Source: a virus
Lineage: Duplodnaviria; Caudoviricetes
Direction: 5' to 3' (one strand)
IMG/VR virus record: IMGVR_UViG_2918829582_000002
Span: 3,435-67,434 of that record
DNA length: 64,000 nucleotides
A model generated the notes under the pieces. That model was not told the DNA's origin, did no database searches, and saw only the letters and a list, made by a program, of their open reading frames with translations. Made by a program: the position numbers and the translations under genes. Of this stretch, positions 38,446 to 47,364 are shown one piece after another (the first letter of the stretch is position 1; the number at the start of each line of letters is the position of its first letter).

Positions 38446-39224
38446 TAGGCGGCTTCAGGTTGTTCGGTTGCCATCGAAAGCAGATCGTTTGGTGCGGCTT
38501 CGGCGATGCGGTTTGTCGCAATGGCGAAATAGCCTGGATCTCGCTCGATGCCGATGAACTTGCGACCAGTACGTGCGGCCGCTACGCCGGTCGTACCGCT
38601 TCCCATGCAGTTATCGAGCACCGTTTCGCCTTCTTTCGTATACGTGCGAATCAGGTATTCCATCAGCGCGACGGGCTTTTGCGTAGGGTGCAAGCCGCGC
38701 TCCCGGTTGAACCGCTGAATGCTGCGTGGAACCCGAAGCACCGGAACGTCCAGCACCTTCCCGCCTTCCTGTGATCCATAGACGCTATTTTTTCGGCCGC
38801 CGTCAACCGTTGTAGTGGCGCGTCCTTTCCGGCTCCCAATGCGCTCTTGCATGATTGGGTAATAGTTGATGCGATCGAATCCGAACACTAAAACGTCCTC
38901 GTGCTCTTTCATCGGCCCAAACTTGACCGTTGCGAAGTTCGATCCGCCATCCTTCTCCCATATCCAGCCGTGCCTAAACAAGTGCGGCGCACTCATTACC
39001 AACTGACTAGAGAACGGCTGGCTTGCCGTAAGCACAATCGCCGCATTCGGCTTTGCAATGCGCCGGTATTGCTCCCATAGCGGCTCGAACGGGATAACCG
39101 AATCCCACTTGCAAGCCGTCGTGCCGTAGGGCAAATCGCACAGAATCAAATCCACGCTGCCACTGGGAATCGTCGCCATCACCTCAAGGCAGTCGCCGAG
39201 GCGCAGGTCGATCGATTCGCTCAT
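38445..39224 (-). CDS. Orphan DNA methyltransferase (N6/N4, beta class)
   Basis: DLPYG, HPTQKP, DNCMGSGTTG. Confidence 0.92.
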   Translation of the reverse strand: MSESIDLRLGDCLEVMATIPSGSVDLILCDLPYGTTACKWDSVIPFEPLWEQYRRIAKPNAAIVLTASQPFSSQLVMSAPHLFRHGWIWEKDGGSNFATVKFGPMKEHEDVLVFGFDRINYYPIMQERIGSRKGRATTTVDGGRKNSVYGSQEGGKVLDVPVLRVPRSIQRFNRERGLHPTQKPVALMEYLIRTYTKEGETVLDNCMGSGTTGVAAARTGRKFIGIERDPGYFAIATNRIAEAAPNDLLSMATEQPEAA

Positions 39225-39238
39225 ATGCGGCAGAAATG

Positions 39239-39273
39239 AAAAAGCCCCGCGAGCTTTTCGGCTGGCAGGGCTT
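39239..39273 (-). terminator. tR'-like terminator downstream of the late promoter
   Basis: AAGCCC...GGGCTT stem followed by TTT, about 110 nt after the -10 box. Confidence 0.6.
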
Positions 39274-39382
39274 AGAGAAATTCGGAGACGAGTTTAGTCA
39301 CTCGCGGGCTTTGGGGTGAGCCTTTCGGCCCTACTGCACAGCCATCCGACACAGAAGGCCGACAATCAAGCAGTACGGGCAC

Positions 39383-39410
39383 AGTATATACCAGATGTAG
39401 ACGTGTGCAA
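39383..39410 (-). promoter_or_regulatory. Late promoter (pR'-like)
   Basis: TTGCAC-16 nt-TATACT downstream of the Q-like gene, pointing into the late operon. Confidence 0.65.
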
Positions 39411-39441
39411 CAACTTTTTTCTAGATTTTGTTGTTTACTGG

Positions 39442-39705
39442 TCAATAGATGTTCTCTGAGTACAGGGTGCCACCGTCTTTCTCATCGCCGCCGACGCGAC
39501 GAATGATCTGTCCTGCGGCCTCTGCGACTTTCCACGCCTCAGCGCGGCTCAGGAATTTGCCGCGATTGTCGATGAAGCCCTGATCGACAGGATCGCCTTC
39601 CGAATCAATCCCGCGCATGAAGGCGTCCCAATGGCGAATCCCCAGCACGACATGTCCAGTAAAACGCTTGCGGTTTGCGGCGCAGACGATGCGATGAATG
39701 ATCAT
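39442..39705 (-). CDS. Hypothetical phage protein
   Basis: Start MIIHRIVCAA (39705); QGFIDNRGKFLSRAEA...LYSEN. Confidence 0.7.
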   Translation of the reverse strand: MIIHRIVCAANRKRFTGHVVLGIRHWDAFMRGIDSEGDPVDQGFIDNRGKFLSRAEAWKVAEAAGQIIRRVGGDEKDGGTLYSENIY

Positions 39706-40211
39706 GCCACCTCCCTCATCAGCGCGCTTACCTTTCCGCCCGTTGCCGCCAGCGCTCCCGTCAGGCAAACCATCGTCCGGTCGAAGTTCTTTGTGTGCTT
39801 CGACCAGGATTCGACCGGCAGACCAGCGGCCAAGGCCCGCTCGCTATCAGAATGACGCTTCACGCCGGAGCCGTCGCACTTGCCGCACTTGTCGTAACGC
39901 GCGCCATTGAGAATCAGGCCGGCCCCGTTGCAGTGAATGCAGTTGTCCAACACCCATTCCTTGATGCAGGCGGTCGCCAGCTTCTGCGCATAACTTAGTT
40001 CGACGCCGAGATTGCATTTCGCCTTGTGCGCCAGCAAATGCAACGCGCGCTTCCCGGCTGCCGCATCGGACCCAAACTTGAACCGGAATAGGGCGGCTCC
40101 AAGCGGATCAGAAAGACCCATTGCCGTGAGGCGATCCACCGACTTTACCTCGCGCTCGCTCCAGGCGAGATTCGAACTTCTGACGTCGCTTGCGTACTTG
40201 TCTTTGAACAT
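39702..40211 (-). CDS. Q-like late antiterminator
   Basis: Two CxxCxGxG zinc motifs; last regulatory-type gene before pR'. Confidence 0.7.
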   Translation of the reverse strand: MFKDKYASDVRSSNLAWSEREVKSVDRLTAMGLSDPLGAALFRFKFGSDAAAGKRALHLLAHKAKCNLGVELSYAQKLATACIKEWVLDNCIHCNGAGLILNGARYDKCGKCDGSGVKRHSDSERALAAGLPVESWSKHTKNFDRTMVCLTGALAATGGKVSALMREVA

Positions 40212-40333
40212 TCGGAACCCCGCACGTGGAACGAAAAATGTAGTTGAAAAACGCTGGAATTACTGTTCGACATTTTAGCAGAAAAGCGCTTCGTAGTCCT
40301 TATTTGAAGCGCTGTCAATCACCCGTTTTGCGA

Positions 40334-40681
40334 TTATTCTTCGACCTCAATTACGGGGACGCCGGCCGCTTTTGCCTGCTTGATCATGTTTGCTGTTCCG
40401 CGCCCACCTGGAAATGCTACGACCACGTCCGGCGCCTCTTCTAACATCCGCGCATTTCGAATTGGACCTGCGGCTCGCCCATGCTTTTTCCAGTCCGCAT
40501 AGTGGGTGATGCCATGCATGCCTGGCTTCGTTGCGAACCATCGGAAAGCAAGTTCGTCTGCGCCTGCCGCGCCACCTTGGATAAGCACGCTGATAGGGGT
40601 CTTGGCATGAAGTTCATCCAGCACAAGGTTGAGCATTTCCACATTCGCATAATCACGCCCACCACAGACAATCACTTTCAT
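40334..40681 (-). CDS. DUF2493/YspA-like SLOG-family protein
   Basis: VIVCGGRDY, IQGGAAGAD, AAGPIRN, VVAFPGGRGT. Confidence 0.88.
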   Translation of the reverse strand: MKVIVCGGRDYANVEMLNLVLDELHAKTPISVLIQGGAAGADELAFRWFATKPGMHGITHYADWKKHGRAAGPIRNARMLEEAPDVVVAFPGGRGTANMIKQAKAAGVPVIEVEE

Positions 40682-40878
40682 CGCTCCTCTCCGGTAACGC
40701 CGTACATATAGATCGGCTCTTCAGGAACCTTCGCCACCTCGACCGGCGCATCCCGCCACTTCCTCCGCATCGTCGGCGCCACATACCGCGGACGGTGGAG
40801 GAGGTAGACCGCAGCAAACACGGCGCAGTTGAATACGCCTAGGCCGTAGAAGGCGACGCAGAGTAGGACTGTTTTCAT
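40678..40878 (-). CDS. Small membrane protein
   Basis: Hydrophobic N-terminus; 4-nt overlaps on both sides. Confidence 0.55.
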   Translation of the reverse strand: MKTVLLCVAFYGLGVFNCAVFAAVYLLHRPRYVAPTMRRKWRDAPVEVAKVPEEPIYMYGVTGEER

Positions 40879-41057
40879 GGTTTGTCCTTGGCGAGGTGCC
40901 GAATCAACTCCATCGGCAGATAGTCCTGCAACCGGTCAAACAGAAACCGCCCTGTGTGCTGCATACAAACGTCGGTCGGCTCATCTCGGAACATGTAGCA
41001 GTGGCCGCCGTCCGGGTTCTGCTTGTGGTTGCAGGTTGCGCAGTTGTTTGGGTTCAT
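40875..41057 (-). CDS. Small Cys-containing protein
   Basis: CATC...HCYM...CMQH; 4-nt overlaps. Confidence 0.55.
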   Translation of the reverse strand: MNPNNCATCNHKQNPDGGHCYMFRDEPTDVCMQHTGRFLFDRLQDYLPMELIRHLAKDKP

Positions 41058-41329
41058 GCCTGACTCCGGTGCTTAGCCGAAATGATGGCGTCAAAGACGA
41101 TCACTGCCTTAATGCGATTCTCCAGCGCTTCGGCTTTGCCGGCCCATCCGCCCTGTCGAAGCATTCCGCACACACTGTCGGCATACCAGACAACCTCCTG
41201 AGCGATGCGATTGCGCTCCCGCAGCGCCCGCACCTCGGCGATAAGGGCGAGGACATTGGCCGGAGTAGCGGCATATCCCCACGGATCACCCGCCTTGGCG
41301 ATGCGCTCGATTTCGTCGATGTCGATCAT
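41054..41329 (-). CDS. Ead/Ea22-like protein
   Basis: AATPANVLALIAEVRALR motif. Confidence 0.6.
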   Translation of the reverse strand: MIDIDEIERIAKAGDPWGYAATPANVLALIAEVRALRERNRIAQEVVWYADSVCGMLRQGGWAGKAEALENRIKAVIVFDAIISAKHRSQA

Positions 41330-41553
41330 GACTGCTCCTTCGCGATTTCCTGGTCAATCACTTCGCATGTCCGATTCATCGGCATCGACGCGAACTCATG
41401 CCACACATTCTCACGTTGGCTGTTCAGCCAGCGGAAGCGAGCCGCATCGGCCCGCAACCTCTCACACTCCGCGAGAACCTTTTCATACTCCGCGTGCAAG
41501 ACGTAGATGCCGTTCTCGCATTCCATGCTGCTTGTGCCGTAGCGCTTAACCAT
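41326..41553 (-). CDS. Hypothetical protein
   Basis: LRADAARFRWL motif common in lambdoid early genes. Confidence 0.6.
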   Translation of the reverse strand: MVKRYGTSSMECENGIYVLHAEYEKVLAECERLRADAARFRWLNSQRENVWHEFASMPMNRTCEVIDQEIAKEQS

Positions 41554-42164
41554 TACGCCGCCTCCTTTCGTTGTTCAATCCGCCGCTCCAGCCGGCGTGC
41601 CTTTTTGTTCATCACCTTCTTGAGCCGCTTCAGGTACTCAATGTCGTATTTCCTGACCGGGCTTTCCTGCTCCAGTAACTCGACTCGCTCCAAGCCGATC
41701 TTTGCGATAAGCCTTGGCCGATATTCCGTGAGATTCCCGCTTTTCCACGCGTTGCAGATACTGCAGGCGCGGTGAATATTCAGAACGTTGAAGCGCCAGC
41801 CAGGGTTCGATCCAACAGAGCGGTAGTGACTCGCATGCCATTGGCCGCCCCAGGTCGCCGGCCGATCGCACGATATGCACGGTTCATTGGCGTCCCGGAG
41901 TCGAACGTAGGCATTCACCGCGGTCTGCGCCTCCCTCAAGTAATCGGCGCGACTCTTCAGCTTCTCCTTCGCCACCCGGGTCGCTGCACGTTCCTCGCGC
42001 TTGGCTCTGGCTTCCTTGCGAGCGTTGGCCTGACGAACGAGGTCAAGGGCGCAGGGCACCGAGCACGCTTTGGACATGCTGCTGATCGGAACATAATGGT
42101 TCCCGCACGACCGGCAGCGGCGTGGCTTCAGCGCCTTCTTTACGGACAGGGAAGTGCGGATCAA
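41553..42164 (-). CDS. ninG: NinG (Rap) recombination endonuclease
   Basis: TTG start with GGAGG; CRSC...CSVPC; PCISC...WHASHYRSVGS...NIHRACSICN. Confidence 0.85.
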   Translation of the reverse strand: MIRTSLSVKKALKPRRCRSCGNHYVPISSMSKACSVPCALDLVRQANARKEARAKREERAATRVAKEKLKSRADYLREAQTAVNAYVRLRDANEPCISCDRPATWGGQWHASHYRSVGSNPGWRFNVLNIHRACSICNAWKSGNLTEYRPRLIAKIGLERVELLEQESPVRKYDIEYLKRLKKVMNKKARRLERRIEQRKEAA

Positions 42165-42288
42165 GCTTCCCTCCACGCCAAAACCCAAGACGCCAGCAGA
42201 GCAGCTGCACTTACCCATCGCATGATTTCCCATGAGCAGTGCGGCGCTCCGATGATGACGACGCATAGCGAGAGAAACTGGCTTTGTT

Positions 42289-42711
42289 TCATGCGACACC
42301 TCGCGCCAGCTCTTCATATCCCTGCGGCGCCGGGTCGGTCCACTGCACATCTTGCTGAGCGCCGAACGCATACATAAGTTCGACCAGATCGCTCATCTCG
42401 CGGATCGTCATGTTTCGCGTTCGCGCACCGATGACAACGAATCCGCCATCGATCCCAGGAACGGCCTTCTGCTTTTTCAGTGCTGCTGTCAGAACGTCCT
42501 TCCACTCGTCGGAAGTCAGACGCTGGCCGTACCATTCGACTTGCCGGGACAAGTCCGCGAGCATCGCCCACATCTTCGCGTTCTGGTCCAGCGAGCGAGT
42601 GCGCGGCTTGATCTCGACTACGTAACCATCCGGAGCCTGAATACAGGCCCGCGATGCCATCTGGCGGGCGGTGGCGTGGACGAGGCGGAAAACTTGCTTC
42701 GAATCACTCAT
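42289..42711 (-). CDS. ninB: NinB (Orf) recombination protein
   Basis: RSLDQNAKMWAMLADLSRQVEWYG...DEWK...EMSDLVELMYAFGA. Confidence 0.9.
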   Translation of the reverse strand: MSDSKQVFRLVHATARQMASRACIQAPDGYVVEIKPRTRSLDQNAKMWAMLADLSRQVEWYGQRLTSDEWKDVLTAALKKQKAVPGIDGGFVVIGARTRNMTIREMSDLVELMYAFGAQQDVQWTDPAPQGYEELARGVA

Positions 42712-42986
42712 TTCCGTCCCATTCTTTTGAGAAAATCCTGACGCTTCTTTTCAAATGCGCGCTGCCGACGACGATCAATCTGGGTAGCCAGGCCAGCAAT
42801 CATGAAGATTGAGATTGGATAGCTGACCATGCAAATTACCCACATCACCAGCAAGCCGAACAGATGGGCCGCTTCGACGAAGGCCTTCATGAAGTCTTCG
42901 ACGTACCCATTGCGGAAAGGTCCAACGGGCATTCCTAGCGCGACTTCTTTGAGATTGGCGAAATACTTATCCTTGAATTCGCTCAC
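42708..42986 (-). CDS. Hypothetical membrane protein
   Basis: Long hydrophobic segment; overlapping neighbours. Confidence 0.6.
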   Translation of the reverse strand: MSEFKDKYFANLKEVALGMPVGPFRNGYVEDFMKAFVEAAHLFGLLVMWVICMVSYPISIFMIAGLATQIDRRRQRAFEKKRQDFLKRMGRK

Positions 42987-43579
42987 GCCTTCACCTCACT
43001 AGCCAGATACTCAGCGTTGCTCAAACGTGCGTCTTCCTCGCGTGCGGCGTGCTCGGTCATGGCGGCGTCGCGCAGCCACTGCGACGGCCGATCGTCGCCC
43101 TCCGGGTATGTCCGGATGAACGTCAGCAGCATGACGATGTTGCAAAGGAAGTGTCCGCGGTGAGCCAGCTTCGACTCCGGATCCAGTTCCTCGCCGGCCA
43201 TCATGCCGAAGATCAGGTGACGGGCAGCGCAGGCGAGGGGGACGCTCCACGCCATTCCCTTGGCCCAGTTCCATTCGGCATACTTGCGACGTCCGTAGTC
43301 GAAGACGGCGGCACATTCGTTCCATGCAGCGCCGACCAGTTCAACCGCCTTGCGAAGATATGCCGCGTCGCCACCCTCCTGGAACAGTGCCAGATTCCAT
43401 AGAGCGCCGATCATCGCGTTAGCGGGATCGTCTTCAGCCGTGACGAGTTCGAATTGTTCTGCGATCAGGCGCAGTGGGATGAGCTCTATTGCCACCTTGC
43501 CGGTGTTGTAGCGAGCGCCGGAGCCGCGAGCGTTCGAATGCACGTCACCGATACCGTCCTTTTGCCAATGCTCTCTCAC
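42983..43579 (-). CDS. dATP/dGTP diphosphohydrolase-domain protein (DUF5664-like)
   Basis: RYNTGK...LIP and NWAKGM.WS....AARH...DPES.LAH.GH..CN motifs. Confidence 0.8.
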   Translation of the reverse strand: MREHWQKDGIGDVHSNARGSGARYNTGKVAIELIPLRLIAEQFELVTAEDDPANAMIGALWNLALFQEGGDAAYLRKAVELVGAAWNECAAVFDYGRRKYAEWNWAKGMAWSVPLACAARHLIFGMMAGEELDPESKLAHRGHFLCNIVMLLTFIRTYPEGDDRPSQWLRDAAMTEHAAREEDARLSNAEYLASEVKA

Positions 43580-43770
43580 GCGGCCTCCTTCTTGTCCATG
43601 TATTCGCGCGTAGCCTCGTTTTCCAGTTCCTCGACCTTGTGGCCGAGTTCGTAGATCAAACGGATTACCGCACCGTCCTTGAAGCCCTTTGCCGAAGCCT
43701 CTTCGATCTGCTGCGCGAGCTGGCGAACGCGGACGACCAACTCGGACGCGGTTGTGGATGTGTAGGTCAT
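43576..43770 (-). CDS. Hypothetical protein
   Basis: Start MTYTST (43770); 4-nt overlaps. Confidence 0.55.
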   Translation of the reverse strand: MTYTSTTASELVVRVRQLAQQIEEASAKGFKDGAVIRLIYELGHKVEELENEATREYMDKKEAA

Positions 43771-44099
43771 GCAGCCTCCAGCGTCACAAGGTCTTCGACG
43801 TTCAGCACAGCCAGCCCGAGTTTCTGTGCCGCAAGGTGCTCGATCTTTGCGCCAAACGAATCGCTCCAGTTCGGGAGCAGGGCGATGCCGTCGCACGTCG
43901 CGAGATAGTCAAGATCGACTTTGATACATTCGAGCCAGTCAGCGGCGGGGTCACTGTTTATTTCTGCAGGGTTAACAACCTCGTAACCGATGGCGCGAAG
44001 TTGAGCAGCAGTGCGATTGAACAGGCCAAAACCGAGATCGCTTAGGCCAGACATCTTCCCCGACAGGTAAAGCCTCTTCACTTCTTTGAGCATGGTCAC
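43767..44099 (-). CDS. DUF4406 nucleoside-deoxyribosyltransferase-like protein
   Basis: LYLSGKMSG...VVNPAE...CDGIALLPNWSDSFGAKIE. Confidence 0.85.
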   Translation of the reverse strand: MTMLKEVKRLYLSGKMSGLSDLGFGLFNRTAAQLRAIGYEVVNPAEINSDPAADWLECIKVDLDYLATCDGIALLPNWSDSFGAKIEHLAAQKLGLAVLNVEDLVTLEAA

Positions 44100-44278
44100 G
44101 CTGATTTCTCCTTGTTCACTTCGTTCTGTGCCGCCAGAGCGCGGCGCTGTGCGTCCATCAGAATCCGGGCAAAGCGGTCATGCCCGCAGAAAATGTTGTT
44201 CGCGGCCATAATCTCGAGCATTTCCTTGTGGCTCATGCCGGCGACTAGTTGGGTCGGTTCTTTCAGATCGGTTCTCAT
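44096..44278 (-). CDS. Hypothetical protein
   Basis: 60 aa; overlapping neighbours. Confidence 0.5.
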   Translation of the reverse strand: MRTDLKEPTQLVAGMSHKEMLEIMAANNIFCGHDRFARILMDAQRRALAAQNEVNKEKSA

Positions 44279-44544
44279 GCCGGCTCCGTGATGTCGTCGG
44301 TTACTTCGTCGTTGATCGGGATGCCACTGATTGGGCGCAGATACCGATCTTCAACGCAAATTTCCGTCGTCCATACTTCCTTGCCAGACCGCTGCATCGT
44401 GCAATAGATGGGCGTTCGGCTTTTGCAATGCCATGTCGGGCTATCTACTCCGACGATCAGTCCTGCGCGCAGCACTTCGACAATCACGCCTTCATCCACG
44501 CAGTCGGAAGAGAGATAGGCAAGATCACCAGGTTTGCAGTTCAT
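44275..44544 (-). CDS. Hypothetical protein
   Basis: MNCKPGDLA...LRPI motif common in phage early genes. Confidence 0.65.
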   Translation of the reverse strand: MNCKPGDLAYLSSDCVDEGVIVEVLRAGLIVGVDSPTWHCKSRTPIYCTMQRSGKEVWTTEICVEDRYLRPISGIPINDEVTDDITEPA

Positions 44545-45080
44545 GCGGCCTCCATTTCTTCTTCGGGTGAATCGGTCAGGTGTATGTAGACACGGCCCTT
44601 TGGCGCGGTCGGGACGGGTGCTACGCCGGCGGCGATAGCAAACGGATTAGCCATCTTTCGGCCGATCTTTGCTTTCTTTCGTGCAAACGGCTTCGGGGCA
44701 TCCGGAAGCCCGTTTGCCGGTGCCAACTTGGGCGCCCACTTGCCGCCATTGGGAGGCGGCTCCCATCCAGCAATGCGAAACTCCGTGCGGTATGTTTGCC
44801 GGATGTTTTCCACTGCCCGATACTGGATTCCTAAACGCTCGCCGATCTCACGCGAGGTCATCGGGCCTTCGCGCTCTAGAAGGTTGAGTACGCGATCCAG
44901 GCCGGGCCTCAACTTGACGACACCTGATAGCGGGCGCGACAACCCCTCAAGGCGAGCCGTTCGGCGCACCGACGCCGGCGTGTGTCGCGGAAAGAGCGCC
45001 ATGAGCTCGGCGCATGATGGAGCGGTTGCATAGCGCTCACGCAATAGTGCGATCTCTGTCGTTAGCCAATCGTTTTTCAC
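44541..45080 (-). CDS. HTH-containing protein
   Basis: GTG start with GGAGG; WLTTEIALLRERY and MTSREIGERLGI. Confidence 0.6.
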   Translation of the reverse strand: MKNDWLTTEIALLRERYATAPSCAELMALFPRHTPASVRRTARLEGLSRPLSGVVKLRPGLDRVLNLLEREGPMTSREIGERLGIQYRAVENIRQTYRTEFRIAGWEPPPNGGKWAPKLAPANGLPDAPKPFARKKAKIGRKMANPFAIAAGVAPVPTAPKGRVYIHLTDSPEEEMEAA

Positions 45081-45559
45081 GCTGCCTCCGGCGTTTTCCA
45101 AAAGTGCCTATCCGCTACCTCGCCGGCCGCATGCACCTCGCCCAGCGTGCACATCGTCAGTTGCGTCGACCAGATTTCAACGACTCGACGCACTGCCTCT
45201 AGTCCGAGCGCATCGAATCCAAGGCGACCGGTATCGTGGTACCGCTTTGCCATGCGTTTCATCGCGTCCTGCGCGACCAGTAGATAGGGCTTAGCCTCTT
45301 CGCCAACGCCGCCCTCGGTGCACAACACCCACGACTGATTGATTGCGTGCGCTATCTCGTTCCAGTGCGACACAGTTCCATGGCCCTTGGCGATGCACTC
45401 GATGGCGGCAAGAACAGGCAATTCCATTTCGTCGACGTCGCCTTCGACCACCTCCTGTTTCGAAACCTTCGCAGCCATCAGGCGGTTGATGCCCGAGAAC
45501 AGGTGACGCGGGTCTTTGTTGCGATCACGGCGACCTCTGTGTTTGCTTGTGGGCATCAC
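45077..45559 (-). CDS. Hypothetical phage protein
   Basis: 160 aa; overlapping neighbours. Confidence 0.65.
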   Translation of the reverse strand: MMPTSKHRGRRDRNKDPRHLFSGINRLMAAKVSKQEVVEGDVDEMELPVLAAIECIAKGHGTVSHWNEIAHAINQSWVLCTEGGVGEEAKPYLLVAQDAMKRMAKRYHDTGRLGFDALGLEAVRRVVEIWSTQLTMCTLGEVHAAGEVADRHFWKTPEAA

Positions 45560-46269
45560 GCCACCTCCGATCCGAAAAGTGCCGTCTGTTCCGCCTTCGG
45601 CGCTTCTGGCTCGAATAGCGATTCTTGGCGCTGGGCGTCTTCTATGCGGCGGCAGGCGATTTCGAAATATTTGGGCTCGCGCTCGATGCCGATGAATTTG
45701 CGGCCCATCTGCGTTGCTGCAACACCAGTGCTACCCGATCCCATAAACGGGTCAAGAATCACGGGGGACGCATCCGTTTGATCGATGCACCACGTCATCA
45801 ACTTGATCGGCTTTTGGGTCGGGTGCTGCTTTCCGCCGTCCATGTTCATAGGACGCATCCGAAAGATACGGGCGACGGCATCGATGTTTGTCCAAGCCAT
45901 TTCGATGTCGGCAAAGTCTCGGCCTTCGTTCTGCTTGTCCCAGATCAGGAAGCAGCGGGCTGCAGGAAGGCCGAAATAGTTGCCTCCCCAGAGAATCGCC
46001 TTGTCGCCCTTTGAAACGACTTGCGCGATCAGATCGGCGTCAGGCGCCGCGTCGTCCCAGTCGCCACCACCCATTCCCCTGCTGACGGCAAGGCGATTCG
46101 ATTTCGTGATGCTGATCCCATACGGCGGATCAGTAATCACCGCATCCACGCGCGGCAGCGTCGGCAAAATCACGGAGCAGTCGCCAAGATACAGGACGGC
46201 ATCACCGATCTGGCGTCTGTCTTGCCATTGAGGACTACTATTGATAGCTTGCATATCTCTTTCACTCAT
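45556..46269 (-). CDS. Orphan DNA methyltransferase (N6/N4, beta class)
   Basis: TDPPYG, HPTQKP, DPFMGSGSTG; start near 46269. Confidence 0.9.
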   Translation of the reverse strand: MSERDMQAINSSPQWQDRRQIGDAVLYLGDCSVILPTLPRVDAVITDPPYGISITKSNRLAVSRGMGGGDWDDAAPDADLIAQVVSKGDKAILWGGNYFGLPAARCFLIWDKQNEGRDFADIEMAWTNIDAVARIFRMRPMNMDGGKQHPTQKPIKLMTWCIDQTDASPVILDPFMGSGSTGVAATQMGRKFIGIEREPKYFEIACRRIEDAQRQESLFEPEAPKAEQTALFGSEVA

Positions 46270-46280
46270 CCCGTCACCCC

Positions 46281-46439
46281 TTACCGTTTCCTGTTTTCCC
46301 AGAGGGCCAACAATCCCGCCTTCACCTGTTCCGCTTCCTCGGCATTTGTCATCGCGAGGTTGGCTATGTAAGCCCGGCGTTCCTCGAGACTCCAACCCGC
46401 GATTTCTTCGAGTACTTCTGCTAGTTGGGTGGGAGTCAT
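46281..46439 (-). CDS. Hypothetical 52 aa protein
   Basis: Manual translation MTPTQLAEVLEEIAGWSLEERRAYIANL...; ATGA overlap with the upstream gene. Confidence 0.55.
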   Translation of the reverse strand: MTPTQLAEVLEEIAGWSLEERRAYIANLAMTNAEEAEQVKAGLLALWENRKR

Positions 46440-46708
46440 GCGTGCCTCGCTGCTGCCTGCATGGCCTTAAGCGTTTCCATGGCCCGGAAGATTGGTGGAG
46501 TAGGTTCGTTCGCAATCAGCGTCCAGACAGCGTTTATGCGCGATCCCTCGATTTTTTCGACAAGACTGCGGTTAAGGAGGCGCTCCATCGACTGAACTAC
46601 GCTGTCACCGCTCGTGTCGAGATGCAAAGCGATTTCCGTTGTCGTCGCGCCAAGGGGTCTAGCCTTGAGGAATTCTGTGATTGCAGCCAGGTTTGAGGTG
46701 CCGATCAT
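46436..46708 (-). CDS. Winged-HTH protein
   Basis: ATTTEIALHLDTSGDSVVQSMERLLNRSLV. Confidence 0.6.
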   Translation of the reverse strand: MIGTSNLAAITEFLKARPLGATTTEIALHLDTSGDSVVQSMERLLNRSLVEKIEGSRINAVWTLIANEPTPPIFRAMETLKAMQAAARHA

Positions 46709-47364
46709 TTCGACAGCCTCCCGCCGACGATCTCTTTCAGCTTGTTCAAGTGCGCCTCAACATTGCCGCGCTGCTCGGGCGACGTTGCCTCCAGCAACGG
46801 TTTTGCGTCGCCGGTGATCAGAAAGTGACCGATCGAGGTTTCGCTGGATTTGACCGGGATGAGCTTGCGCGCCTGATCGGAAGATAGTCGACCCAGCTCG
46901 ACGGCACGCTTCAGGGCCTGCTCTCGACCGTCGCGGTCGTGGCCCAGCGACACCTGCCACTGGACTGCGGTGCGGTTTTCTCTCGCTTCGGATACTGCCT
47001 TGACGTAGGCCTCCTTGAACGCCATGCGCGCCGGGATGTCTTCGTCTGCTTCCAGCATTGGGCGAGCGATAGCCCACGCTGCGCGCATTTCATCCGTCCA
47101 TACAACCGTCGTGTCCTCGTCACGGGGCAACATCGCCCACGCTTCTTCGGGCCCAGGACGTCCATCATCGATCCGCGATACGACATCGGAAACGGTCAGC
47201 ACGCCACGGACCTCGCGACGGCAGCGCGACAGCGCTTTCAGCACGGCGCCATCCGAGAACCCAGCAAGGTCCGCAACGAACATGGACGCCGCTGCTGGCG
47301 AGAATGTCCTGCCGCACAGTTCGGCAGTGACTGCGACTGCTTCCAAAACTTGACTGCTAGGCAT
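46705..47364 (-). CDS. Replication protein P-like (helicase loader)
   Basis: Overlaps the initiator gene; DGRPGPEEAWAM motif. Confidence 0.6.
   Translation of the reverse strand: MPSSQVLEAVAVTAELCGRTFSPAAASMFVADLAGFSDGAVLKALSRCRREVRGVLTVSDVVSRIDDGRPGPEEAWAMLPRDEDTTVVWTDEMRAAWAIARPMLEADEDIPARMAFKEAYVKAVSEARENRTAVQWQVSLGHDRDGREQALKRAVELGRLSSDQARKLIPVKSSETSIGHFLITGDAKPLLEATSPEQRGNVEAHLNKLKEIVGGRLSK

Noticed and set aside
39381-39395. Possible LexA box near pR' (and near 49597-49609)
   Set aside because: Neither matches CTGT-N8-ACAG; both are explained as -10 regions.
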